Shown here: in pieces, positions 8,146 through 16,194 of the stretch
Position numbering within the stretch: position 1 is the first letter of the stretch
Layout: every line of letters begins with the position of its first letter
Assembly: GCA_963798465.1 (NCBI GenBank)
Contig: CAWCTC010000001.1
Location: 260,315 to 324,314, forward strand
Length of the DNA: 64,000 bases
DNA from: an uncultured bacterium
GTDB taxonomy: Bacteria; Patescibacteriota; Minisyncoccia; Phycocordibacterales; GWA1-40-21
Direction: 5' to 3'
Translations under genes and position numbers: made by a program
The notes under the pieces: model-generated
Seen by the model: only the letters and a program-made list of their open reading frames with translations
Told to the model about the DNA's origin: nothing
Databases searched by the model: none

Positions 8146-8976
8146 ATGAATAATTTAGATAATTTAATAGACCTGATAGGTGAAAACGATATCGTTATTA
8201 AGGGTGTTTCTAGTGAATACCAAAAGCCAGAATTTGCTGACAGAATAAAATCTTTTTTTCGTGAAAAAAGATTCACCGTTAAAGATACAGGTGTCTCATA
8301 CCGAATGATAAATCACTGGAAAGATGTGGGGATCATTCCCGACTCTTGTTTTGATGATAAGAATCAAGATTGGGCAAAGTTCAACCTTGTGGAGCTATTG
8401 TGGCTAAAGGTAGCCAATGAATTAAGATCTTTTGGTTTACCTTTAGAAAAAATAAAGAGAGTTAAAAAAGATATTTTAATTTGGAATGAGAAACAACAAA
8501 CTTACCTAGATTTTGAGTACAGGATATACCTTTCTATAACTACTAAATCTGACCTGTTTTTATTTATCGAATCTGATGGATCTACTCAGATTCAGAGTCT
8601 TAATTTTTTCATTTTTATGAAAAATATTTTAAATAGTTTTGGGTGGAATTTTCCGAAGATGATACTGATTTCTATGAAAGATTTAGTTAAAGACTATGTC
8701 TTTATGGTTGAACGACCAGATGATATTTTATCTATCTCAAAACCAGAGATGGAGTTATTAAACAAGATAAGACTTGGAACAGGTAATAAAATTACTGTTC
8801 ATAAAAAGGATAGAAAAATATCTGATATTCTTACGTCTGATTTTATGACAGAGAATATCGATATATCAAAAGTCATGAAAAATTTAAAGGAGGAAGGTGG
8901 TAATACTGAGGTAGTTCTAAAATTAAATAATGGTAATCCAGAGTTTTTAGAGGTAAAGAGGAAAAAAAGAGTGTAG
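8146..8976 (+). CDS. Hypothetical protein with N-terminal MerR/excisionase-like HTH
   Basis: 276 aa. RFTVKDTGVSYRMINHWKDVGII resembles the MerR/HTH_17 helix-turn-helix. The remainder is unknown. Confidence 0.4.
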   Translation: MNNLDNLIDLIGENDIVIKGVSSEYQKPEFADRIKSFFREKRFTVKDTGVSYRMINHWKDVGIIPDSCFDDKNQDWAKFNLVELLWLKVANELRSFGLPLEKIKRVKKDILIWNEKQQTYLDFEYRIYLSITTKSDLFLFIESDGSTQIQSLNFFIFMKNILNSFGWNFPKMILISMKDLVKDYVFMVERPDDILSISKPEMELLNKIRLGTGNKITVHKKDRKISDILTSDFMTENIDISKVMKNLKEEGGNTEVVLKLNNGNPEFLEVKRKKRV

Positions 8977-9073
8977 GTGTATCTTGCCATCAACGATACG
9001 GTTGGGGTAATTTAAAAAAAAGAGATGTTTGCTATCAATAAAACAATTGGAGCTTAGTCGCAAAAACATATGA

Positions 9074-9244
9074 GTGAAAATAACAAAAGAAGAATATCGA
9101 AAGATATCGGGAGACTATTTTTCCCCAGACTCTCTAGTAGAGAGAAAAATCGAGTATCTAACGGCTTTTTGTAAAAATATCATAAAGGCTGAAATAGAGA
9201 GGTATCGTGAGTCTTTGAAGCAAAATAAGGCTGTTAAGGGCTAA
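9074..9244 (+). CDS. Possible small ORF (56 aa, GTG start) upstream of the recombinase
   Basis: Open frame MKITKEEYRKISGDYF...KQNKAVKG, below the ORF-track cutoff. No homology recognised, so only weakly supported. Confidence 0.2.
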   Translation: MKITKEEYRKISGDYFSPDSLVERKIEYLTAFCKNIIKAEIERYRESLKQNKAVKG

Positions 9245-9270
9245 AATTAGCCCTAAAAGGAGTTATTACA

Positions 9271-9360
9271 ACAATACGCGCGCGTGGGAAGGGAGTTTTG
9301 CGATAAATACGCGCGGGTGAGGGAGTTTCGCCACCAATACACGCGGGCGCGCTAGACTAA
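9271..9360 (+). repeat. Three GC-rich direct repeats (AATACGCGCGGGTG-GGGAGTTT-GC) immediately 5' of the recombinase gene
   Basis: Copies start at about 9273, 9306 and 9346, the last truncated. They are strikingly GC-rich compared with their surroundings. Copy 1 contains the palindrome ACGCGCGCGT. Confidence 0.6.
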
Positions 9361-10971
9361 GTGTTCAATCTTGATAACTTTATGATTAAGACAAAAATTA
9401 AACAGAATAATCCAAATAACCCCTATGAAGAGAGGACGGGTCTTGTTTATGTCCGTGTATCAAGTAAACGACAGGAGACCCAAGGAACTGGTTTACAGAG
9501 CCAAGAGGGGCGTTGTATTAAGGAACTAGAGTTAATGAAAGTTCCATATAAAGAAACCTTTCCCGATAGTTATTCAGGCGGAGGTGATTTTATGCTAAGA
9601 CCAGCGATGAGAGATATGATCGCGTATATAGATGCACACCCATACGAAAAATTCATCGTAGTATTTGATGATATTTCACGCTTTGCCCGTGATGTCGTTT
9701 ATCACATTAAACTTAGAGAGGTGTTTAGATCTCGTGATGTAATGTTAAAGTGTTTGAATTATAGCTTTGATGAAAGCGATGAAGGTTGGTATTCAGAGTT
9801 AATTCTTTCAGGAAAGGCGGAGTTAGACAGAAGACAGAATCGTAGACAAGTCATACAAAAACAAAAATCACGCCTTGAATTAGGATACTGGTCATTTGCG
9901 TCTAGAAAGCCTTATAAGATGACTAAAGACCCATTGCATGGCAATATACTCAAATTACAATATCCAGAGGCAGGTTGGCTCAAGGAAGCAATGGAAGGAT
10001 TTGCGGATGGTAGATTTATTAGAAAAATTGATGCTTGCAAATTTCTTCTCAAGAAAGGCTATTGGAAAAAACAATCTGTAGAAAAATATATAGATAATTT
10101 TTCTCTTTTATGTAAAGACGCCTTATTTGCTGGATACATCGAATATCCTGAATGGGAAGTAGAGAGGCGAAAAGGACATCATGAAGCCCTTATATCACTT
10201 GAAACATATAATCTTATTCAAAAACGTTTAAGGAATGAGGGTCTAGGAAAAAGAATTCGTGTAGATATATCGAAAGATTTTCCACTTAGGGGTTTATCTC
10301 TTTGTGCATATTGTAGTAAGCCCCTCACTGGTGCTTGGTCAAAGGGCAGGAAACAAAAACATCCATATTATTTTTGTCAGAATAAAATTTGCTTATACAA
10401 AGGAAAAGCTATTCGTAAAAAAGATATAGAAGAGAGTTTTGATAATTTACTTAAAAAACAGATTCTTAAAGGAAAAGCAGAGGTAGTCCTGAAAAGAGTT
10501 TTTGATTCTGAATGGATGGAAGAAATATCTAACTTAGAACTCTCCCAACATACCCAAGTAAAAAATAAAAAAGATCTTGAAGACCAACTTAGTGAATTGG
10601 TAAAGTTGTCTACGCGGGCCAAAGATCAATCAATTCGAAATGCTTATGAAAGGGAGATGAGGGATGTATCAGATAAGATCATTCAAATTGAGGATGATTT
10701 TCTACCTAATTTTGATACTAAGGTTCCTTATCGAACGGCTCTTGATAAAGCTACAGGTTTATTGAAAAGTCCTTATAAAGTATGGAAGGATCTTGATGTG
10801 ATAGAGCAACATAGTCTATTCTATTTTATTTTTGACACAAAAATACCCTATGACATAAAAGAAGGCTATCGAACCGATAGTATTCCAACTGCCATAAGGC
10901 TTTTTGAGGAATTTGCGACTGCAAATTCCTGTGATGTGGAGATGGGCGGAATCGAACCGCCGTGCAAATGA
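9361..10971 (+). CDS. Large serine recombinase (resolvase/invertase N-domain + recombinase + zinc-ribbon domains)
   Basis: 536 aa. GLVYVRVSSKRQ catalytic-Ser motif, Cys cluster CAYCSKPLTG...YYFCQNKIC, C-terminal coiled-coil-like region. GTG start (alternative ATG at 9382). The last codons are antisense to the tmRNA 3' end. Confidence 0.9.
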   Translation: MFNLDNFMIKTKIKQNNPNNPYEERTGLVYVRVSSKRQETQGTGLQSQEGRCIKELELMKVPYKETFPDSYSGGGDFMLRPAMRDMIAYIDAHPYEKFIVVFDDISRFARDVVYHIKLREVFRSRDVMLKCLNYSFDESDEGWYSELILSGKAELDRRQNRRQVIQKQKSRLELGYWSFASRKPYKMTKDPLHGNILKLQYPEAGWLKEAMEGFADGRFIRKIDACKFLLKKGYWKKQSVEKYIDNFSLLCKDALFAGYIEYPEWEVERRKGHHEALISLETYNLIQKRLRNEGLGKRIRVDISKDFPLRGLSLCAYCSKPLTGAWSKGRKQKHPYYFCQNKICLYKGKAIRKKDIEESFDNLLKKQILKGKAEVVLKRVFDSEWMEEISNLELSQHTQVKNKKDLEDQLSELVKLSTRAKDQSIRNAYEREMRDVSDKIIQIEDDFLPNFDTKVPYRTALDKATGLLKSPYKVWKDLDVIEQHSLFYFIFDTKIPYDIKEGYRTDSIPTAIRLFEEFATANSCDVEMGGIEPPCK

Positions 10972-11341
10972 TTGTTCCAGATATTTCTACAAAGTTTAGT
11001 TGATTTTATTTTGTCTTGCGACAAATTTAAGATTATGAACTTTAAAAAAACAAAATATTCATAATCCGATTCTCTTATTTCATTTTGCGCCGAGAAATCG
11101 CAAAATATATTCTGAAAATATTACACTTCAGACCACCGCTCAGAATCAGTGGGTGAAATGTCGCTTAGGCTAAAGCGTAAGCGAAAGTAGGAGTTGACCT
11201 CCAAAAATGGAGAAACAATACTCGCTACTTTTTGTGAAATGTTATTAGCATTTACATTTTCCTTGATAGATTTAGGAGTTCACAAGGTTGCTCTACTTTG
11301 CATATAAGAAACGGGACCAATTGTCTAGGCCGATCATCCCC
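10937..11341 (-). ncRNA. ssrA: tmRNA (SsrA)
   Basis: 5' end GGGGATGATCGGCCTAGAC. 3' end GGCGGTTCGATTCCGCCCATCTCCA. The acceptor pairs GGGGATG with CATCTCC, including a G3-U wobble (Ala identity). An internal reading frame ..ACT TTC GCT TAC GCT TTA GCC TAA (T-F-A-Y-A-L-A-stop, 11165-11188) resembles canonical tags. smpB lies next door. CCA is not encoded. Confidence 0.85.
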
Positions 11342-11346
11342 GTTGT

Positions 11347-11402
11347 CAGTATACTGTATTCAGTATTCTGTATACAGTATAACAATGCATAGTATACAGT
11401 AT
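11347..11402. repeat. Heptamer tract CAGTATA/CTGTATT x5 plus an extra AGTATACAGTAT, just 5' of ssrA
   Basis: cagtata ctgtatt cagtatt ctgtata cagtata runs contiguously over 11347-11381. On the minus strand a TATACT hexamer lies 7 nt upstream of the tmRNA 5' G. Confidence 0.5.
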
Positions 11403-11413
11403 TTATTATATAA

Positions 11414-11773
11414 TTATTTATCTATTGCAGATTTTATTATTCCAGATATTAATTTTGAACTTTGCTCAATCATTAAATCAAGTTCTTTGTAATCATTATC
11501 TGTTATATATCCTAAGTCTCTTGCTGTAATAAGCTGGCTCTGAAGTTCTGAAAGGGAACCTTTGGATATTGTATAAAACTGCACCTTATCTTTTTTAGTA
11601 TTTCTACTAAAACCTTCCGCTATATTGGAAGTAATTGATACAGATGATCTTCTAATTTGATCTGCTAGCGCAAATTTTTCTTCGTTCGGTAGTTTCTTTA
11701 ATATCTTGTAGACATTTAAAACTAACTCGTGAGATTTTTGCCAAGCGATTAAATTTGTAAAATTTTGTATCAT
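11414..11773 (-). CDS. Four-helix-bundle protein (23S rRNA intervening-sequence protein / Avd-like family)
   Basis: 119 aa. ..LIAWQKSHELVLNVYK...FALADQIRRSSVSITSNIAEGFSR...KGSLSELQSQL matches this family's conserved pattern. Confidence 0.85.
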   Translation of the reverse strand: MIQNFTNLIAWQKSHELVLNVYKILKKLPNEEKFALADQIRRSSVSITSNIAEGFSRNTKKDKVQFYTISKGSLSELQSQLITARDLGYITDNDYKELDLMIEQSSKLISGIIKSAIDK

Positions 11774-11797
11774 TTTTTATATACTAAATACTGTATA

Positions 11798-12247
11798 CTA
11801 TATATTTGATTTCAATGTTCTATCTATTTCTCTATCAGATTCGCGTTTCTTGATTGATTCGCGTTTGTCTGTTTTCTTTTTTCCTCTTGCAAGACCAAGT
11901 TCTACCTTAATCTTGTGGCCCATATTATACACTGAAAGTGCAACTATTGTCAAATTTTGTTTTTCTTTTCCAGCGAGATATTCAAGTTCTTTTTTTGTAA
12001 GCAAAAGCTTGCGATTTCTTCTTTCGTCATAATCTTTTGGTGTATTTTTCGGCTGAAGAGAAACTATTGCCGAGCCGATAAGAAATGCTTCGCCTCCGCG
12101 TATGACAGCATAGGCGCCATCCAAAGTCATTCTTCCTGCTCGAACAGCTTTGACTTCAATGCCGAGCAGCTGAATTCCTGCCGTGATTTTTTCAAGGATT
12201 TCATAATTGAAATATGCTTTTCTATTTTCCGCGAATTTGGCTGACAT
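11798..12247 (-). CDS. smpB: SsrA-binding protein SmpB
   Basis: 149 aa. NRKAYFNYEILEK..AGIQLLGIEVKA.R.G and the basic C-terminal tail are typical SmpB. Confidence 0.95.
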   Translation of the reverse strand: MSAKFAENRKAYFNYEILEKITAGIQLLGIEVKAVRAGRMTLDGAYAVIRGGEAFLIGSAIVSLQPKNTPKDYDERRNRKLLLTKKELEYLAGKEKQNLTIVALSVYNMGHKIKVELGLARGKKKTDKRESIKKRESDREIDRTLKSNI

Positions 12248-12304
12248 GACATCATCTTAGCAGATATTTTAGAAATCTGAAATCTGTGTTATATTACACT
12301 ATCT

Positions 12305-14276
12305 ATGGATATATTAAACAATAAAAAACCACCAAATAAGAAGTCATCGAATAATAAGAACAAAAACCAGAATGCAAAAGGCAATCCTCTGAATCTTTTC
12401 ACGAAGATAGCAAATGCGATCCTGATAATTCTTTTCATTTCAATTTTGTATTCCGTTATTTTTACCGGAGGAAGCAAGCCGCAGCAGATTTCAATTTCAC
12501 AGCTTGCCAATGATGTTTCATCCGGACTTGTAAAAAGCATCGATGTGCAAGGAGATAATCTTACAATCACTTACAATGCAACCGGAACGGCGACAAGCAC
12601 CGCAAGTACGACAGTAACCGCAGCACCAATAACAAAAACATCTAAAAAAGAAGAAGGTGTTGCTTTGAGCAGAAACTTTACAATTACAAAGTTTCCGCAA
12701 GACGCGCTTGACAAGGTCAATATAACTATTGAAAGCGATACCGGTTTTAGCTATTGGTTTATGAATCTTGCGCCATTTTTGATTCCGCTGATTTTTATCG
12801 GAATATTTATCTGGATAATCATGAGACAGATGAAAGGAGCAGGAGTGCAAGCGATGTCTTTTGGACAATCAAAAGCCAGAATAATTTTGCCGACAGATAA
12901 AAAACAAAGAGTGACTTTTGCCGATGTTGCCGGCGCAAAAGAAGCAAAAGAAGAGTTGACGGAAGTCGTGGACTTTTTGAAAAATCCGAAAAAGTTTCTT
13001 GATATCGGCGCAAAAATTCCGAAAGGAATACTTTTGCTTATGGGCGCGCCGGGAACAGGAAAAACTTTGCTCGCAAGAGCTGTCGCCGGGGAAGCCGGAG
13101 TCGCATTTTTCTCAATTTCCGGTTCTGAATTCGTGGAAATGTTTGTCGGAGTCGGAGCAAGCCGAGTCCGAGATTTATTCAAGATGGCAAAAAATACTGC
13201 GCCGGCAATTATTTTTATTGATGAAATAGATGCTGTCGGAAGAGTGCGCGGCGGTGGAATGGGCGGAGGAAATGACGAAAGAGAACAGACTTTGAACCAG
13301 ATTCTTGTCGAGATGGACGGCTTCGAGCCGAATGAAAAAGTTATTGTCATGGCCGCAACAAACAGACCAGATGTTCTTGATCCTGCACTTTTGAGACCGG
13401 GAAGATTTGATAGAAGAGTTGTTATAGATTTGCCGGACAGAGACGACAGAGAAGCGATTTTGAAAGTACATTCAAAAGAAAAACCATTTGCGGAAGATGT
13501 AAATTTGAGAACTATTGCCGAGAGAACGCCAGGATTTTCCGGAGCAGATTTATATTCACTCATGAACGAAGGCGCGATTCTTGCAGCTCGAGAAGGAAGA
13601 CAAAAAGTTTCTCAGTTTGATCTTGATTCGCTCAATTGAAAAAGTTATGATGGGGCCTGAAAGAAAAAGTCATATCCTTTCAAAAAAAGAAAAAGAAATT
13701 ACTGCATATCACGAAGCGGGACACGCGCTTGTTTCTTCAGTTCTTCCATTCGCCGATCCAGTTCATAAGATTTCAATTATTGCTCGCGGACGAGCCGGCG
13801 GATACACTTTGCATTTGCCTTTTGAAGACAAAAGATTGCAATCAAAGAAAGAATTTATGGATGATATTGCAGTGTCGCTTGGCGGATATGTTACGGAGAA
13901 AATGGTTTTCGGCGATATCACAACCGGTCCTTCAAATGATTTGCAAGTTTCAACGGCTCTTGCGCGAGATATGGTTACAAAATACGGAATGTCGGAAAAA
14001 TTGGGACCGGTGGCGCTTGAAGGCGAAGGCGGAAGAGCGATGTTCGGCAACGGAGTGAATGACAAAGAATATTCGGATAAAATAAATGCGGAAATTGATG
14101 CAGAAGTTTCGGCAATAATGAATGGCAATATGAAAAGAGCGGAAAAAATAATCACGGATCATAGAAAAGCTCTTGATGCGATTGCAAAAAGATTGATTGA
14201 AACGGAAACGATTGAAAGGGAAGAGTTTGAAAAGATTCTTTTGGCAAATGGAATTAATGCCGAAGAAAAAAGATGA
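12305..14276 (+). pseudogene. ftsH: ATP-dependent zinc metalloprotease FtsH, split by an apparent 1-nt insertion (possibly a sequencing artefact)
   Basis: ORF 12305-13639 carries the TM segments and the AAA module ([30 protein letters not shown]). ORF 13581-14276 carries the HEAGHA zinc site. The frames join in GATCTTGATTCG (13619-13630). Removing one base gives ..KVSQFDL(D/I)[11 protein letters not shown].., which is colinear with FtsH. Confidence 0.93.
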
Positions 14277-14302
14277 GGTAAAAATTATAAAATAGATTAC
14301 AA

Positions 14303-14332
14303 AAGGGCGGCCGCTGAAAGCGGCCGCCCTTA
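14303..14332. terminator. GC-rich hairpin terminator after ftsH
   Basis: AAGGGCGGCCGC-TGAAA-GCGGCCGCCCTT followed by ATTT. Same GGGCGGCCGC core as the hairpin at 82-126. Confidence 0.75.
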
Positions 14333-14336
14333 TTTG

Positions 14337-14379
14337 GTCTAAAGTTTTTATTATCCTTTAGATAATAAAAACTTTAGAC
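14337..14379. repeat. Perfect 19-bp AT-rich inverted repeat
   Basis: GTCTAAAGTTTTTATTATC-cttta-GATAATAAAAACTTTAGAC, immediately after the terminator. Confidence 0.8.
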
Positions 14380-14416
14380 ATGATTTTTGTGGTACAAAAA
14401 TCAATTCTGCGGAATC

Positions 14417-14446
14417 ACGTCGCACGAGTCCTTATGGTGCGACGCA
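14417..14446. repeat. REP-like hairpin CGTCGCAC-N11-GTGCGACG (family shared with 36274-36324)
   Basis: The reverse complement GCGTCGCACCATAAGGACTCGTGCGACGTGATT aligns with GCGTCGCATTATAAGGACGGTTATGCGACGTAACT at 36.3 kb. Confidence 0.6.
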
Positions 14447-14453
14447 ATTAAAT

Positions 14454-15674
14454 TTACCTTGCAATTTTTATTGTTCCACTTGCAATTTCAGCTTTAACAT
14501 CATCATTTGCTGTAGCACTTTTTGACAAAGAATTTAATATCATTTGAGAATTTGTCGCGTTCATAAGCGAAGCTTGTTCATGTAAGATTGAGAAAGGAAA
14601 CAGCTGATAATCGGCGGAATTTTTATCAAGCAAAATTTTTACGGCAAGACCTTGCGAAGTTGGACCCATTGAATTTTGATCGAAAATAAAATTTCCGATT
14701 GAATAGAAAATCGGCTTGCCATTGTAAATTTCTATCGGCTCGATGACATGCGGATGCATTCCAATGACAGCGTCTGCGCCGGCGTCGATAAATTTATGTG
14801 CGACAGTTTGCTGAGCCGGCGTGGAAGTCGGGCTGTATTCAACTCCCCAATGAGGATAAACAATTAAAAATGAAACCTGGCTTCGCAAATTTTTAATTGT
14901 TGAAATAACATTGTCCAAACCTTGATATGAAAATTCGTTGTAAGCTACAAAGCCGATTTTTTCTCCGTTAATTTCTTGCACGTAAGGATGAATGTCAATA
15001 TTTGAAGGATCGCCGAAATAATTTAATCCGGCAAGTGTGATTGAAGTCGTGGATTGCGCCAGACCTGCTTCGCCGAAGTTTAGCGAGTGATTATTTGCTT
15101 GTCCGAGAAGTGTGAAGCCTAGATTTTTTAAAACGGGAAGCATAAGAGGGTCAAAAGTGAATTCAAGCGGAGCATTTTGCACGTCGAGTGTTTTTGAATC
15201 AAATGAAGAAAAAATTCCTTCGGCATTTGCAACGACGATATCATTGCCGGAGATAAAATCTTTTATATTTTCAAATGGATATTCTTGTCCTTTTGCGTTT
15301 ATTTTTGCGCGTACTTGTCGATCTAGCATCATGTCGCCGAAAAGCAAAATTTTTGTCTGTTTGATATGCGAAGCTGGAACAAATGAAACATCAGCAGAAG
15401 CAATTTGCGTTTGATTACATTGAATCACAAAAAAACCGAGTGCTAGCGTGAAAAATAAGCTGAATAAATTAAAAACAATGAATTGACTGCGTTTGATTGG
15501 TCCGTTAAATAATTCTAAGGAGTTTGTTTTTTTTGAAACATTGCAAAACGAATAAGCCGATTCAATTTTTTCCATTGTCCAGTTGCACTCTAGGAGTTCG
15601 TCTCTGATTGATTCAAATGAATACCCGCGTTTTAATTTTTCGCTGATGTAGATTATAAGTTGTCTGTTGTCCAT
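14454..15674 (-). CDS. CapA/PGA_cap-family metallophosphatase-like protein, membrane anchored
   Basis: 406 aa with an N-terminal TM segment. LFGDMMLDR, ANNHSLNFG, YPHWGVEY and GMHPHVIEPIE match the CapA-family motif order. Confidence 0.8.
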   Translation of the reverse strand: MDNRQLIIYISEKLKRGYSFESIRDELLECNWTMEKIESAYSFCNVSKKTNSLELFNGPIKRSQFIVFNLFSLFFTLALGFFVIQCNQTQIASADVSFVPASHIKQTKILLFGDMMLDRQVRAKINAKGQEYPFENIKDFISGNDIVVANAEGIFSSFDSKTLDVQNAPLEFTFDPLMLPVLKNLGFTLLGQANNHSLNFGEAGLAQSTTSITLAGLNYFGDPSNIDIHPYVQEINGEKIGFVAYNEFSYQGLDNVISTIKNLRSQVSFLIVYPHWGVEYSPTSTPAQQTVAHKFIDAGADAVIGMHPHVIEPIEIYNGKPIFYSIGNFIFDQNSMGPTSQGLAVKILLDKNSADYQLFPFSILHEQASLMNATNSQMILNSLSKSATANDDVKAEIASGTIKIAR

Positions 15675-16051
15675 GAAGTGGGGAATTAGATGTTATCTCA
15701 GTTGATATTTTAACTTTAATTTTGAAGGAGGGCAACAATTTTTATTGTAGTCACAGATAATTTTCTGCTGAAAATTTGCGCGAGCTTTGCACTTGATTTG
15801 CTAACTCACTTCGTTCATAAGAAAATCTACGCCCCGCCTCGCGCCGTCGTGCTCCGTCTCGTACATGTAGCCCATTATTTAATTGTCTAGATTCGGCTAT
15901 TACATAGCCAGGTATTTTTCAATCTTATATATCATTTAGATGAATTTGTAGTCAAAAATAATTTCCTCGTCGACACTCGGAAATTTTTTCGACCCTGCCT
16001 CGTCTGTTTTGCTTGCTAGCAAAACATGACTCCGGCTCGTACATGTATAAG

Positions 16052-16078
16052 AAAAACGCGGAGCAGTCCGCGTTTTTC
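16052..16078. terminator. Hairpin AACGCGGA-GCAG-TCCGCGTT with T/A runs, 3' of tRNA-Ile
   Basis: 8-bp GC-rich stem flanked by AAAAA and TTTTT, 9 nt beyond the tRNA 3' end. Confidence 0.65.
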
Positions 16079-16086
16079 TATCGATG

Positions 16087-16160
16087 TACGCCCGCCTAGA
16101 TTCGAACTAGGGACCCCGAAGGTATAAGCTTCGTGCTCTAACCAGCTGAGCTACGGGCGT
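16087..16160 (-). tRNA. tRNA-Ile (anticodon UAU)
   Basis: The reverse complement folds as ACGCCCG-TA-GCTC-AGCTGGTTA-GAGC-A-CGAAG-CTTATAC-CTTCG-GGGTC-CCTAG-TTCGAAT-CTAGG-CGGGCGT-A. The anticodon loop C-T-TAT-A-C gives UAU. CCA is not encoded. Confidence 0.8.
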
Positions 16161-16194
16161 ATGTATGAGATATTATCGTAAAAAATGGCTTTTA

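Noticed and set aside
11347-11402. The CTGT..ACAG-containing tract could be a LexA/SOS box.
   Set aside because: The spacings between the CTGT and ACAG halves are 2 or 16 nt, not the 8 nt of the CTGT-N8-ACAG consensus. The tract is better described as heptamer repeats.
12751-13563. A 270-aa minus-strand ORF and other ORFs overlapping ftsH.
   Set aside because: They are antisense to a strongly conserved AAA+ module. Their composition is Ser/Pro/Ala-rich shadow sequence with no motifs.
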